Shown here piece by piece: positions 1-8,991 of a DNA stretch of 64,000 bases. The stretch's first letter is position 1. Each line of letters begins with the position of its first letter. Below the pieces are notes generated by a model. It saw only the letters and a list, made by a program, of their open reading frames with translations. It was not told the origin of the DNA and ran no database searches. Source of the stretch: Marinomonas sp. Lineage in GTDB: Bacteria > Pseudomonadota > Alphaproteobacteria > Sphingomonadales > Sphingomonadaceae. Location of the stretch: the NCBI GenBank assembly GCA_039967435.1, contig JBDVRS010000006.1:507882-571881 (forward strand), read 5' to 3'. Made by a program: the position numbers and the translations under genes.

Positions 1-333
1 AACAAAGTCGCGACCGCTGTGCAATTGCGCGTCGATGTGTTTGCGCTGGGCATGCCGCCTGATGCATTCAATCGCTTAAAAGAGATCGCTGGCAGCAAGT
101 TTACCAAGGATGGCGAAATTGTCCTGACCGCGCGTGAATACCGGACACAGGAGCAAAACCGCGAGGCGGCGCGGGCCCGTTTAACCGCCATGATAAATGA
201 GGCTTTGACCCCGCCAGCCACACGCAAAAAGTCGCGCGTCAACCGCGTCGGCAAGGTCAAACGCCTCAAAGCAAAGAAAGTCCGCAGCACTGTGAAGGCG
301 GGACGGGGCAAAGTCAGCCGGTCTGATTGGTAA
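1..333 (+). CDS. arfB: Alternative ribosome-rescue peptidyl-tRNA hydrolase ArfB (YaeJ), 5'-partial
   Basis: Frame is open from base 1 (NKVATAVQLR, the segment after GGQ). Contains the RTQEQNREAARARL motif and a basic C-terminal tail. Confidence 0.92.
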   Translation, partial: NKVATAVQLRVDVFALGMPPDAFNRLKEIAGSKFTKDGEIVLTAREYRTQEQNREAARARLTAMINEALTPPATRKKSRVNRVGKVKRLKAKKVRSTVKAGRGKVSRSDW

Positions 334-455
334 GATTGCTTGACTTTGGCGGCAGAATCACCCAATTGCCCGCGACTGTACGGCGGCGCGCCAAGCGTCG
401 CCCTTATTTTTTAGGCCTGCTACTCGGCCTTTGACCAAGATTTTAGGAAACCGTC

Positions 456-623
456 ATGGCGAAATCCGCAACCGTCAAGATCAAGCTTGTCTCGACCGAA
501 GGCACTGGCTTTTATTATGTGACGAAAAAGAACCCTCGGAACATCACCGAGAAAATGGTTTTTCGTAAATATGATCCCGTCGCGCGCAAGCACGTCGAGT
601 TCAAAGAAGCCAAAATCAAGTAA
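456..623 (+). CDS. rpmG: 50S ribosomal protein L33, Cys-free form
   Basis: Not in the ORF track (55 aa). Hand translation: [59 protein letters not shown] lies upstream. Confidence 0.97.
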   Translation: MAKSATVKIKLVSTEGTGFYYVTKKNPRNITEKMVFRKYDPVARKHVEFKEAKIK

Positions 624-733
624 TTGGTTTGAATGCGCCAGAGCCGGAGCGTTCCCTGAACAGAGTGGTTCTGAACGAAATGGTTTGGCGAAATTCAGTG
701 ACGGTTCAAATCGCCCGCGTTAAAACGGCGACT

Positions 734-1402
734 ATGATGACTTTGTCCAAATTTTCAAAACGCCCTGCCCTAGCGATCGCCGCTGGCGCATTGGCAATTG
801 GCGTCCCCAGCGTAGCGATGCTGGCACCAGCCGCCCCTGCAACCGCACAATCCGCTGGAACGATGGATAGCGCCGTGACGGCATTGCGCGCGATCAGCAC
901 GATGCGCGCAGATTTCACGCAAACTGACCGGCAGGGCCAAACCTTGCGCGGAACGATGACGCTGAAACGTCCGGGCAAAATTCGCTTCGAATATGCCAAG
1001 GGCACCGACATGCTGGTCGTGTCCAATGGCAAATCGCTTTATTTGGTCGATTATGCAGTGAAGCAAGTGCAGCGCTGGCCGATTAAAAACTCGCCGCTTG
1101 GCGCGCTGCTTGATCCCAATCGCGACATCAAAAAATTCGGCAAGCTGGTCCCAACGGGCAATTCCAAAGTCGTCAGCATCGAAGTGCGCGACCCGAAACG
1201 TCCTGAATTTGGCGTGATGAATATGATCTTCGTCAAAAACCCATCTGCGCCCGGCGGATTGCAATTGACCCATTGGGTTGCGCTCGATTCGCAGAATCAC
1301 CGCACCACTGTTCGCCTAAGGAATCACAATTACGGCCTCGCGGTCGCGGACAGCGCGTTCAAGTTTAAAGACCCGCGCAAAACCACTCGTCGCCCGCGCT
1401 AA
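734..1402 (+). CDS. lolA: Outer-membrane lipoprotein carrier protein LolA
   Basis: Signal peptide, then ADFTQ...G..TLKRPGKIRFEY and QVQRWPIKNSPLGALL. Start moved from 629 to the ATG at 734 (737 is also possible). Confidence 0.88.
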   Translation: MMTLSKFSKRPALAIAAGALAIGVPSVAMLAPAAPATAQSAGTMDSAVTALRAISTMRADFTQTDRQGQTLRGTMTLKRPGKIRFEYAKGTDMLVVSNGKSLYLVDYAVKQVQRWPIKNSPLGALLDPNRDIKKFGKLVPTGNSKVVSIEVRDPKRPEFGVMNMIFVKNPSAPGGLQLTHWVALDSQNHRTTVRLRNHNYGLAVADSAFKFKDPRKTTRRPR

Positions 1403-1472
1403 ACGCTTCGGCCCCGACAAGTTTGTCAATTGCGGTCAATGCCTGCCTTTCGTTCATTTTGGCGAAAGCGGC

Positions 1473-1487
1473 TTAAGGGTAATTTAC
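1473..1487 (+). promoter_or_regulatory. CtrA-type binding site (TTAA-N7-TTAC)
   Basis: TTAA-GGGTAAT-TTAC, one mismatch from the TTAA-N7-TTAA consensus, about 20 nt upstream of a structured, terminated intergenic segment. Confidence 0.5.
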
Positions 1488-1505
1488 AATTCTAAAGCGG
1501 TTCAC

Positions 1506-1620
1506 TGGCGAGGGTTTCCCCCCTGTTGCCCCAGCCGATGAATTAAGCCGCTTTGGTCCAAGCGTGACGAACGCTCACTAGGAACCTCTGGCCCATTGCC
1601 CCCGGGTCAGAGGTTTTTTG
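1506..1620 (+). ncRNA. Candidate small RNA (family not recognised)
   Basis: Non-coding lolA-phoA gap. Successive hairpins with C-rich loops (CTGGCGAGGG-tttcc-CCCTGTTGCCCCAG; AGCGT-gacga-ACGCT) end in an intrinsic terminator. Confidence 0.45.
1583..1620 (+). terminator. Rho-independent terminator
   Basis: AACCTCTGGCCC / GGGTCAGAGGTT 12-bp stem with one G-U pair, running into a T tract. Confidence 0.8.
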
Positions 1621-1794
1621 TTTCTTAAGTGCTTTTGTATTCCGCACGCCATCCGGCGCGCGAGATCCTCGCTCATGCGATCCAAAGATCGCGTCGCTGC
1701 GGGCGGCCACAAGGGCCTTGCGGCTCACTGCGTTCGCCGAGGCAATCCATTTAGCTGGCACCGAACGATAGGTCTGTAGGACTAAGCTGAAACC

Positions 1795-3243
1795 CTATTT
1801 TTCCCACCCAAGCGCCTTGACGATAATGTCATAGACAAGGTTCTGCTCAATCACGCCGCGCACGCGGTCTGCGCCTGGTCCATTGCCGTAAAGCGCCACA
1901 TCCTCGCCCGCATGCGTTTCGCTGCCCGTGGGGATCGCCGATTGCTGCTGCGCATGAATGCCGGTTTCTGGCATTGGGCGCTCCGCCATATTGGCAATTG
2001 AGCCCGGCCCATTGCCATAGCCCAGCGTTGTGTAAGGCTTGCCGTCCTTTGCTTTCGCCGCTGAAGCCACTTCATCGCCGCCATCAGAGGGCGGCACAAC
2101 TAGGCCAAGAATATCATTCCCGCGCCGAGGATATCCAGCAATAGTGAACACATGGCTGTGATCTGCCGTCACCAAAATCAGTGTTTCAGCAGGGTCCGTG
2201 TTATCAATCGCATATTGAATGGCATTGGCGAACTCATCGGCTTCTTCCAGCGCAAAACCGGCTTTGCCTGCATGGTGCCCGTGATCAATCCGGCCGCTCT
2301 CAACCATCAGATAATAGCCATCGGGATCATCTTTGATCCGCGCCATAGCAGCCGATGTCATTTGTGTGAGAGTGGGCTCAGATGCGCCCTTATCACCGGT
2401 CTTTTCAGCCATATAGGTCATGTGGCTAGGCGAGAAGAGGCCGAGCACGGGCTTGCCCATCGGCGCAGCGGTCAAGGCCGCCAAATCCTCGACATAGGTT
2501 CCGCCTTTTAAAGCGGTCCATTCGCCCGGCAGATTGGCCTCCGCCTCCAGCCGGCGTCCGTCCATATCCTTGCCAAAGAAGCTGCGCCTGCCGCCGCCAA
2601 GCGCGACATCGAAATCACTCGCGATCAATTGGCTGGCAATGTCATCGCAGCCTTTGCCGCGCTCGCCTTCGGGAATCGCGGCGTCCGCTTCCCAATTCCG
2701 GTCAGCTGCGCGTGCATAGACACTGGCGGGCGTCGCATGGGTAATGCGCGCGGTGGAGACAATGCCCAGCGCCATACCGCGCCCTTTTACCTGCTCGCCC
2801 AGCAAAGGCAGTTCATTGGCAAGACCCGATGCGCAATCGCCGCGGGTTACGCCAGGGCCTACGCCCAAAACGCCAATCTTGGTTTTCTTGCCGGAATGCA
2901 TCGCGGTCGCCGTGCCCGCGCTATCGGCGACCTGCGCATTGGTGTTGTACGTTTTCACCAAGGCGACATTCTCGAACTTTTCAAACGGCAGGACATATTC
3001 CTCGCCCGTCTGCCCGCGCTTTTGCCCAGCATATATCCGCGCCGCTGTAATGGTGGAGATCCCCATGCCATCACCGATAAACAGGATGACATTCTTTGCC
3101 TTCTTAGGGGCTTCTGCTTGCTGCATCACAGGCGCTGGCGTGCTCGCCACGCTCTGCCCGCTCTGATCATAAGAGCATGCGCCCAGCGGCAAAGCAGCCA
3201 CCGCAATGACGAGCGAAGAACGATGAAAAATGGTCATGAGCAA
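1795..3243 (-). CDS. phoA: Alkaline phosphatase (PhoA family), lipoprotein
   Basis: Motifs IGDGMG, DSAGTAT (Ser nucleophile), THATPA, GRIDHGHH, TADHSH and ETHAGEDV; lipobox LGAC. Confidence 0.9.
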   Translation of the reverse strand: MLMTIFHRSSLVIAVAALPLGACSYDQSGQSVASTPAPVMQQAEAPKKAKNVILFIGDGMGISTITAARIYAGQKRGQTGEEYVLPFEKFENVALVKTYNTNAQVADSAGTATAMHSGKKTKIGVLGVGPGVTRGDCASGLANELPLLGEQVKGRGMALGIVSTARITHATPASVYARAADRNWEADAAIPEGERGKGCDDIASQLIASDFDVALGGGRRSFFGKDMDGRRLEAEANLPGEWTALKGGTYVEDLAALTAAPMGKPVLGLFSPSHMTYMAEKTGDKGASEPTLTQMTSAAMARIKDDPDGYYLMVESGRIDHGHHAGKAGFALEEADEFANAIQYAIDNTDPAETLILVTADHSHVFTIAGYPRRGNDILGLVVPPSDGGDEVASAAKAKDGKPYTTLGYGNGPGSIANMAERPMPETGIHAQQQSAIPTGSETHAGEDVALYGNGPGADRVRGVIEQNLVYDIIVKALGWEK

Positions 3244-3285
3244 ATCCTCTTAGATCGAATGCTCATCAACCTATCCCCTTTCCGT

Positions 3286-3313
3286 ATGGCATTACAATGA
3301 CAGACAATGACAA
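3286..3313 (-). promoter_or_regulatory. PhoB (Pho) box upstream of phoA
   Basis: Minus strand reads TTGTCAT-TGT-CTGTCAT-TGTA-ATGCCAT, i.e. tandem CTGTCAT-like units at 10-11 bp spacing, about 43 nt from the phoA start. Confidence 0.65.
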
Positions 3314-3368
3314 CGCACTGCCGCGCAGGTGTTTATTTTTGCACGAGCGCCCTCTAAGCCCCATATCC

Positions 3369-4172
3369 ATGATCTCTGTAGCCACTTGGAATATCAATTC
3401 GGTCCGCTTGCGCCTGCCGATAGTCGAACGCTTTCTGGCAGAGGAAGCACCCGATGTGCTGTGCCTGCAAGAAATCAAATGTCAGGAGCATCAATTTCCT
3501 TATGAGGCGCTGGCAGCAGCAGGCTATGAACATGCCGCTGTGCACGGACAAAAGGGCTATCACGGGGTCGCTACGATTAGCCGTCTTCCTTTGAAGGAAT
3601 ATTCCCGCCACGATTGGCAAGCCAATGGCGAAGCGCGGCATGTTGGCGTGGAATTGGAAGGCAGCGGCATGCGCGTGGACAATGTCTATGTGCCCGCAGG
3701 CGGCGATGAGCCGGACCGCGATAAGAACCCCAAATTCGGCCAAAAGCTCGATTTTCTTGCCCGCATGACAGATTGGGCCGGCGATATTGACGCAGGCGGC
3801 CACAAGACCGGCACATTGATCGTCGGCGACTTTAACATTGCGCCCTTGCCCAGTGATGTTTGGGGCCACAAGCAATTGCTCAAAGTCGTGAGCCACACGC
3901 CGCTAGAATGCGAGACCCTAGACCGCTTTAAAGTCGCGCATGATTGGGTCGATGTTGGCCGCGAATTTATCAAAGACCCAGATCGCTATTACAGCTGGTG
4001 GAGCTACCGCTCGAAAGATTGGACAGCGAATGATCGCGGGCGGCGTCTGGATCATATGTGGGCCAGCCCCGTGCTCGCAGCCAAAGCATCGGGCCACCGT
4101 TTGCGCGAAGACATTCGCAGCTGGGAAAAACCATCCGATCACATCCCGCTCATCACGGAATTTGACCTCTGA
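3369..4172 (+). CDS. xth: Exodeoxyribonuclease III
   Basis: ATWNINSVRLR, LCLQEIK, VGDFNIAP, GRRLDH and PSDHIP motifs. Start moved to ATG 3369. Confidence 0.93.
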   Translation: MISVATWNINSVRLRLPIVERFLAEEAPDVLCLQEIKCQEHQFPYEALAAAGYEHAAVHGQKGYHGVATISRLPLKEYSRHDWQANGEARHVGVELEGSGMRVDNVYVPAGGDEPDRDKNPKFGQKLDFLARMTDWAGDIDAGGHKTGTLIVGDFNIAPLPSDVWGHKQLLKVVSHTPLECETLDRFKVAHDWVDVGREFIKDPDRYYSWWSYRSKDWTANDRGRRLDHMWASPVLAAKASGHRLREDIRSWEKPSDHIPLITEFDL

Positions 4173-4195
4173 GTAATCCGTCACCTGAACGCCGT

Positions 4196-5233
4196 GTGGC
4201 GCTGGCGATTGACGCATTGCGTCATGGCTGGCCGATTGCGCTTGATGGTGGTCCAATATTGCTGCCCGTGGAAACAGCCATGGGAAGCGGGCATTCTTCG
4301 CAAATGCTGATTTCATCCGCGCGCGCGGCCACGTTGAAACTGGTCAATCAGGCCGATGCTGCTGTCCCCCATGCGCCCGTTCTAATCCGCGGCGCAGAAG
4401 CGTTTTCACTGGATAGCGCCCGCCCTATCGCAGACCCAGCATTGGACTTGGGCTCTCCGTTTAAAGGACCATTCAAGGCGGAGGCTTTGGCTTGGGAAGA
4501 CGCCGCCAAAACCGCTTTGGAGTTGGCAAGAATTGCGGGGATTTTGCCTGCCTTTATGGTCGATCCATCGGATTCTGGCGAAGCGCAAGCGGTGGCTGCA
4601 AGCGATCTTGCGGCATGGAGTGATACAGGAAACCTCGCCATTGCAACCCGCGCGCGTCTGCCGGTGGATGCCAGCGACACGGCCGAGATTATCGCCTTCC
4701 GCAGCCCCCATGATTTGCGCGAACATGCAGCGCTCGTAATCGGCAAACAATCGGGCGACACTGTGCCGCTGGTGCGCCTGCATTCGGAATGCCTGACCGG
4801 CGATGTTCTGGGCAGCCTGAAATGCGATTGCGGCCCGCAATTGGACGCCAGCCTGCATGCCATGGCGGCAGAAGCGCGGACGCAAAACGGTTGGGGCGTG
4901 CTGCTTTATATGCGGCAAGAAGGGCGCGGGATTGGCCTCATCAACAAGCTGCGCGCCTATCAATTGCAGGATCAAGGATTTGATACGGTTGAGGCGAACG
5001 AGCGCCTCGGTCTGCCGGATGAAGCCCGCGATTTTCCTGTGGCTGCGCGGATGCTCGATTTGATGGGCGTGCGGCAAATTCGTTTGATGACGAACAATCC
5101 GAAGAAAGTCGCGGCGCTATCTCAAGCCGGCGTGACAGTCACCGAGCGCGTTCCGCATCAGCTGCCCGATAATCCGCATAATGCCCGCTATCTAGCAACG
5201 AAGCGCGACAAGTCCGGCCATTTGCTGAAGTGA
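4196..5233 (+). CDS. ribA: GTP cyclohydrolase II with a degenerate N-terminal RibB-like region
   Basis: VRLHSECLTGDVLGSLKCDCG, QEGRGIGLINKLRAY and LMTNNPKK motifs. Confidence 0.92.
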   Translation: MALAIDALRHGWPIALDGGPILLPVETAMGSGHSSQMLISSARAATLKLVNQADAAVPHAPVLIRGAEAFSLDSARPIADPALDLGSPFKGPFKAEALAWEDAAKTALELARIAGILPAFMVDPSDSGEAQAVAASDLAAWSDTGNLAIATRARLPVDASDTAEIIAFRSPHDLREHAALVIGKQSGDTVPLVRLHSECLTGDVLGSLKCDCGPQLDASLHAMAAEARTQNGWGVLLYMRQEGRGIGLINKLRAYQLQDQGFDTVEANERLGLPDEARDFPVAARMLDLMGVRQIRLMTNNPKKVAALSQAGVTVTERVPHQLPDNPHNARYLATKRDKSGHLLK

Positions 5234-5730
5234 TTTTGCCGGTCATCCGTCCTGAAATTCCCAGCGACATTCCAGCCATACATGCGCTGACCAAAGCGGC
5301 ATTTGCGCCCATGTGGTTCAGCAATGGCAGCGAAGCTGATATTATCGATCAATTGCGCAAAGATGGTGATTTGACGCTGTCATGGGTGGCGGTGCAGGAC
5401 GGCAAACTCGTCGGCCATATCGCCTTTTCGCCCGTGACCATTAGCGATGGACCATCAGGCTGGTTCGGCCTTGGCCCCGTGTCTGCTGCGCCCGATTTAC
5501 AGCGCAAAGGGATTGGCTCAGCGCTTATCAATGCAGCCCTAGTTGAGTTACGAAAGTCCGGCGCCAAGGGCGTGGTTCTGCTCGGCAGCACCGATTATTA
5601 CCCGCGCTTCGGCTTTGAACATAGAGAAACGCTTACCTATGGCGAGGACCCCACAGAGTTCTTCCAAGTTCTGAAGCTGAGCGGCGACTGGCCCTCGGGC
5701 GCTGTAAAATATGCGCCTGCCTTCGGGTAA
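5230..5730 (+). CDS. GNAT N-acetyltransferase (YhbS-like)
   Basis: LGPVSAAPDLQRKGIGSALI acetyl-CoA motif and VLLGSTDYYPRFGF; 4-nt overlap with ribA. Confidence 0.85.
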   Translation: MILPVIRPEIPSDIPAIHALTKAAFAPMWFSNGSEADIIDQLRKDGDLTLSWVAVQDGKLVGHIAFSPVTISDGPSGWFGLGPVSAAPDLQRKGIGSALINAALVELRKSGAKGVVLLGSTDYYPRFGFEHRETLTYGEDPTEFFQVLKLSGDWPSGAVKYAPAFG

Positions 5731-5734
5731 CGAA

Positions 5735-6718
5735 TTACCGCTTTTGGTAGCGCGTTAATCCTGATGCGAGCTCATTGGTGCCAATTGCCAAATTATGCCC
5801 TGTCCAATCGGCAACAAACACTGAACCGCGCTTGAGACCAGGCACAAAGCGCGCGACATTGCCGTCAATTTTCAGGCCGTCTGCGCGGTGCAACAATTGC
5901 TCTGCGCCCACAGCGATAAAGGCGGAGTAATTCTCTTTATTGCGACCTTGCACAAACCAGTTTTGTTGGATTGTGCCAGTGCCGCCTGCAGGCAGGTCGA
6001 TCATGTAATTGGTCGCACGACCATTGGCATCATCGAAGCTATTGGCGGTAATATCGTGCCGCGCGGCGCGTGATTTGAGGTAATGCCCGCCCATGCCGCG
6101 CTCAAACCGGCTGCGGCTGACTTTCAGCGAACCATAATCGCCAATGTAAATGGAATGCGCGCAGCCTGCGGAATTTTCGCAAGTGCCAAGGCCTGAAAAC
6201 GTGACTTTGTCGATCACAATGCGCCCGCCGCGATCATTGCCGGTCAAAATGCCTTGCTGGCTTTTATCGAACCAGCTTTGCGTGACGGTCAGATTGCCCT
6301 TTTCAAGACGGATGCCTGCGCCATTGCCATCGCCAACCCGCATATTTCGGAAGGTCAGCCCGCTGACCTCTGCGCTTTGACCGCGCAAAACCAAGGCTGC
6401 TTTACCCTCGCAAGTTGCGCTGTCGAAGACCACCTTGCCTGCTTGACGCGCAACATAACGGATCGCCCCGCCCTGTTGCACAGCGCATTGGCGGTAAGTT
6501 CCCGCTGCGATTTCAATCGTCGCGCGCGCATTGCCGATGCGGCTGACGGCGGCTTGTAGATTGCCGAAACTCTCGCCTGATTCCTTAATCGTAAAGGCGT
6601 TTGCGCCTTGCGCATTGGCCGTGCTGAGCGGGAATGCTGCCAGCGTACACGCGGCGAGAGCGCCGAATGCCAAGGGCTTCAAGGTCGGGCGAGCGGTGTG
6701 TGCGATTGGATATTTCAT
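5735..6718 (-). CDS. Secreted right-handed parallel beta-helix (pectate-lyase-like) protein
   Basis: Signal peptide followed by repeating beta-helix strands (GAGIRLE, GILT, HSIYIG, GHYLKSRA, YMIDLPAGG). Start moved to ATG 6718. Confidence 0.7.
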   Translation of the reverse strand: MKYPIAHTARPTLKPLAFGALAACTLAAFPLSTANAQGANAFTIKESGESFGNLQAAVSRIGNARATIEIAAGTYRQCAVQQGGAIRYVARQAGKVVFDSATCEGKAALVLRGQSAEVSGLTFRNMRVGDGNGAGIRLEKGNLTVTQSWFDKSQQGILTGNDRGGRIVIDKVTFSGLGTCENSAGCAHSIYIGDYGSLKVSRSRFERGMGGHYLKSRAARHDITANSFDDANGRATNYMIDLPAGGTGTIQQNWFVQGRNKENYSAFIAVGAEQLLHRADGLKIDGNVARFVPGLKRGSVFVADWTGHNLAIGTNELASGLTRYQKR

Positions 6719-6969
6719 GATGCGAATCTCTAAAGCATCCAGGGCCTGCTGAGCAGCGATTCCGTGCCATTGTCCCTGTTCTGCACACCCGTCTGGCGAC
6801 ACCTTAACCGCCGAACGCCATTGGAAAACCCGCAGAAAACCAAGGGTAATGGGGCCATAACACGATTTAGGAATCAATCATTTGCTTGCGCTGAACCTCG
6901 GCACTATACCTAGTCTTCTTGCGCGTTTTGGGACGGGCGGGACTTATGAGAGTTATGGAGAAACGGGTT

Positions 6970-7383
6970 ATGAAAAAATTTGCACATGTGCTGATCGCCT
7001 CTGGCGCCGCGCTTACACTGGCTGCTTGCGGCAGCTCTGACGACGCTTCGGTTGAAGCGGAAGAAGATACCGTAGAAATGCCTGCGGATAGCGCAATGGA
7101 AGGCGCTGACGAAGCACCTGCTGAAGACGGTGAAGCGGCTGCTGCTGAAGGCACTGCTGGCGAAGGCGCTGCTGCTGAAGCTGCTCCTGCTGATGCGGGC
7201 GATACCGCTGCAACTGCTGCTCCTTCCGAAGCAGAAGTTTCAGCTGCTGCTGACGATGCTGCCAATGTTGCTGCAGACGTTGAAGCGGCTGTTGCAAAGG
7301 CTGAAGGCGCTGTTGAGCAAGGCAAAGACGTTATTGGCCAAGCCAAAGACGCTGCTGATTCAGTAGGCGCAATCGTAGAATAA
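6970..7383 (+). CDS. Ala/Glu-rich low-complexity lipoprotein
   Basis: MKKFAHVLIASGAALTLAAC lipobox, GCT/GAA-rich coding, and a terminator downstream. Confidence 0.8.
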   Translation: MKKFAHVLIASGAALTLAACGSSDDASVEAEEDTVEMPADSAMEGADEAPAEDGEAAAAEGTAGEGAAAEAAPADAGDTAATAAPSEAEVSAAADDAANVAADVEAAVAKAEGAVEQGKDVIGQAKDAADSVGAIVE

Positions 7384-7426
7384 GCGCTTTTGCGTTTCGC
7401 GCGGCCCCGTGCTGCGCGCAGATTTC

Positions 7427-7473
7427 GGGCGGAAAGTTTGGTGGATCACTCCATCGGCCTTTCCGCCCTTTTT
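7427..7473 (+). terminator. Rho-independent terminator
   Basis: GGGCGGAAAG ... CTTTCCGCCC stem followed by TTTTT. Confidence 0.8.
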
Positions 7474-7524
7474 GTTGCTATTTTGGGGATATGCCCGCCG
7501 CGCAATTGCGCTATTGTTGGACGC

Positions 7525-7776
7525 ATGAAAAACCGTCAACTCGCAGTAGCTGCTCTCATTCTCTCCCTCACCCTGGCCGCTTGCGGCCAAGAGGATGAAG
7601 AAGCTGGGCCCGGCGGCGTAAGCGCGGGCGAGGCAGAAGCATTGGATGCGGCCGCTGAAATTATCGAAGCGCGCCGCCTGCCGGTCGATGCTCTGCCAGA
7701 CGATGCGGCCAATAGCGGCGCGCCGCTGCCCCCTGAAAGACCGGCTGAAGAGACTTCACAAGAACCCGCAGAATAA
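7525..7776 (+). CDS. Small acidic lipoprotein, hypothetical
   Basis: MKNRQLAVAALILSLTLAAC lipobox, then GPGGVSAGEAEALDAAAEII. Confidence 0.7.
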   Translation: MKNRQLAVAALILSLTLAACGQEDEEAGPGGVSAGEAEALDAAAEIIEARRLPVDALPDDAANSGAPLPPERPAEETSQEPAE

Positions 7777-7806
7777 TCCCTTTTCGACAATAAGGACCAC
7801 ACGAGC

Positions 7807-8991
7807 ATGAGCCAAGATGGCCACCAAACAGGTATGGACGCAGACATTTTCGAGCAGTTCATCGAGCAATTGCACCGCTATGTGCGCGAGCGGCTGATCC
7901 CTGCCGAGCCAGATGTGATCGCCAATGACCGCGTGCCAGACGATATCCTTTCCGAAATGCGCGAGATGGGTCTGTTCGGCCTGACAGTGCCAGAAGAATT
8001 TGGCGGCGCTGGCCTCAACACATCGCAATATGCCCGCGTCGTGCATTGCCTCGCTTATGCTGCGCCCGCTTACCGGTCGATCGTTTCCATCAATGTCGGC
8101 ATGTTCAATTCTGCGCTGAAGAACGGCGCGACGGACGCTCAAAAAGCCGAATGGTTCCCGCGTATTGCGGCGGGCGAGATTGCTTGCTTTGGCCTAACGG
8201 AGCCTGGCTCTGGCTCTGACAGCGCAGGCCTTGCCACCACCGCCGTGCCCGATCCGGACGGCAATGGCTGGATTTTGAACGGCTCCAAACGCTACATCAC
8301 CAATGCCCCGCAAGCGCGTGTGGCGCTGATTATGGCGCGCACGGAAAAGGAGGCTCTGCCCAAAAACGCCCATGTCAGCGCCTTTATCGTGCCAATGGAT
8401 AGTGCCGGCATGTCGACCAGCAGCGCGGATAAAAAGATGGGCCAAATGGGCAGCCAAATCTCCGACATTATGCTCGATGATGTGAAAGTTCCCGGCGATG
8501 CACTGCTTGGCGGAGAGACCGGCAAGGGCTTCCGCTTTGCCATGCAGAGCCTTGATAATGGCCGTATTTCGGTGGGCGCAGCGGCGACAGCATACGCCCG
8601 CCGCGCTCTCGATAGCGCGCTGAAATATGCCAATGAACGCAAAGCCTTTGGCGAGCCGATTGCGAATTTTCAGCTGATCCAGCAAATGCTGGCGGAAAGC
8701 GATATGGAGATTTACGCCGCCGAGGCGATGATGGCCGATGTCACTGCGCGGGCCGACAAGGGCGAGAATATCCTGCGCAAAGCCGCCGCCTTCAAAGTCT
8801 TCGCATCCGAAATGTGCGGGCGGGTCGTGGACCGCGTTGTGCAGGTTTACGGCGGCGCAGGCTATCTGGCGGAATATGATGCGGAACGCTTTTACCGCGA
8901 TGCGCGCATCTACCGGATTTACGAGGGCACAACGCAAATCCTCTACCTCCAAATCGCCAAACACATGCTGAGAGAATTTGAAAATGTATAA
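7807..8991 (+). CDS. Acyl-CoA dehydrogenase
   Basis: CFGLTEPGSGSD, LNGSKRYITNA, RKAFGEPIANFQ, GGAGY and RIYEGTTQI motifs. Confidence 0.93.
   Translation: MSQDGHQTGMDADIFEQFIEQLHRYVRERLIPAEPDVIANDRVPDDILSEMREMGLFGLTVPEEFGGAGLNTSQYARVVHCLAYAAPAYRSIVSINVGMFNSALKNGATDAQKAEWFPRIAAGEIACFGLTEPGSGSDSAGLATTAVPDPDGNGWILNGSKRYITNAPQARVALIMARTEKEALPKNAHVSAFIVPMDSAGMSTSSADKKMGQMGSQISDIMLDDVKVPGDALLGGETGKGFRFAMQSLDNGRISVGAAATAYARRALDSALKYANERKAFGEPIANFQLIQQMLAESDMEIYAAEAMMADVTARADKGENILRKAAAFKVFASEMCGRVVDRVVQVYGGAGYLAEYDAERFYRDARIYRIYEGTTQILYLQIAKHMLREFENV

Noticed and set aside
456-623. Cys-free L33 as a zinc-starvation paralog
   Set aside because: The Cys-free form is the usual single L33 in alphaproteobacteria, and no Zur box is evident.
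4196-4650. Unusual N-terminal extension on RibA
   Set aside because: It looks like a degenerate RibB-like domain, a common RibBA-derived architecture.
7013-7297. Poly-Gln-rich ORF on the - strand
   Set aside because: It is the reverse complement (CAG) of the GCT-rich Ala codons of the lipoprotein gene.
7070-7370. Short repeated gctgctgaag units
   Set aside because: Coding low-complexity sequence with no constant repeat-spacer period; not a CRISPR array.
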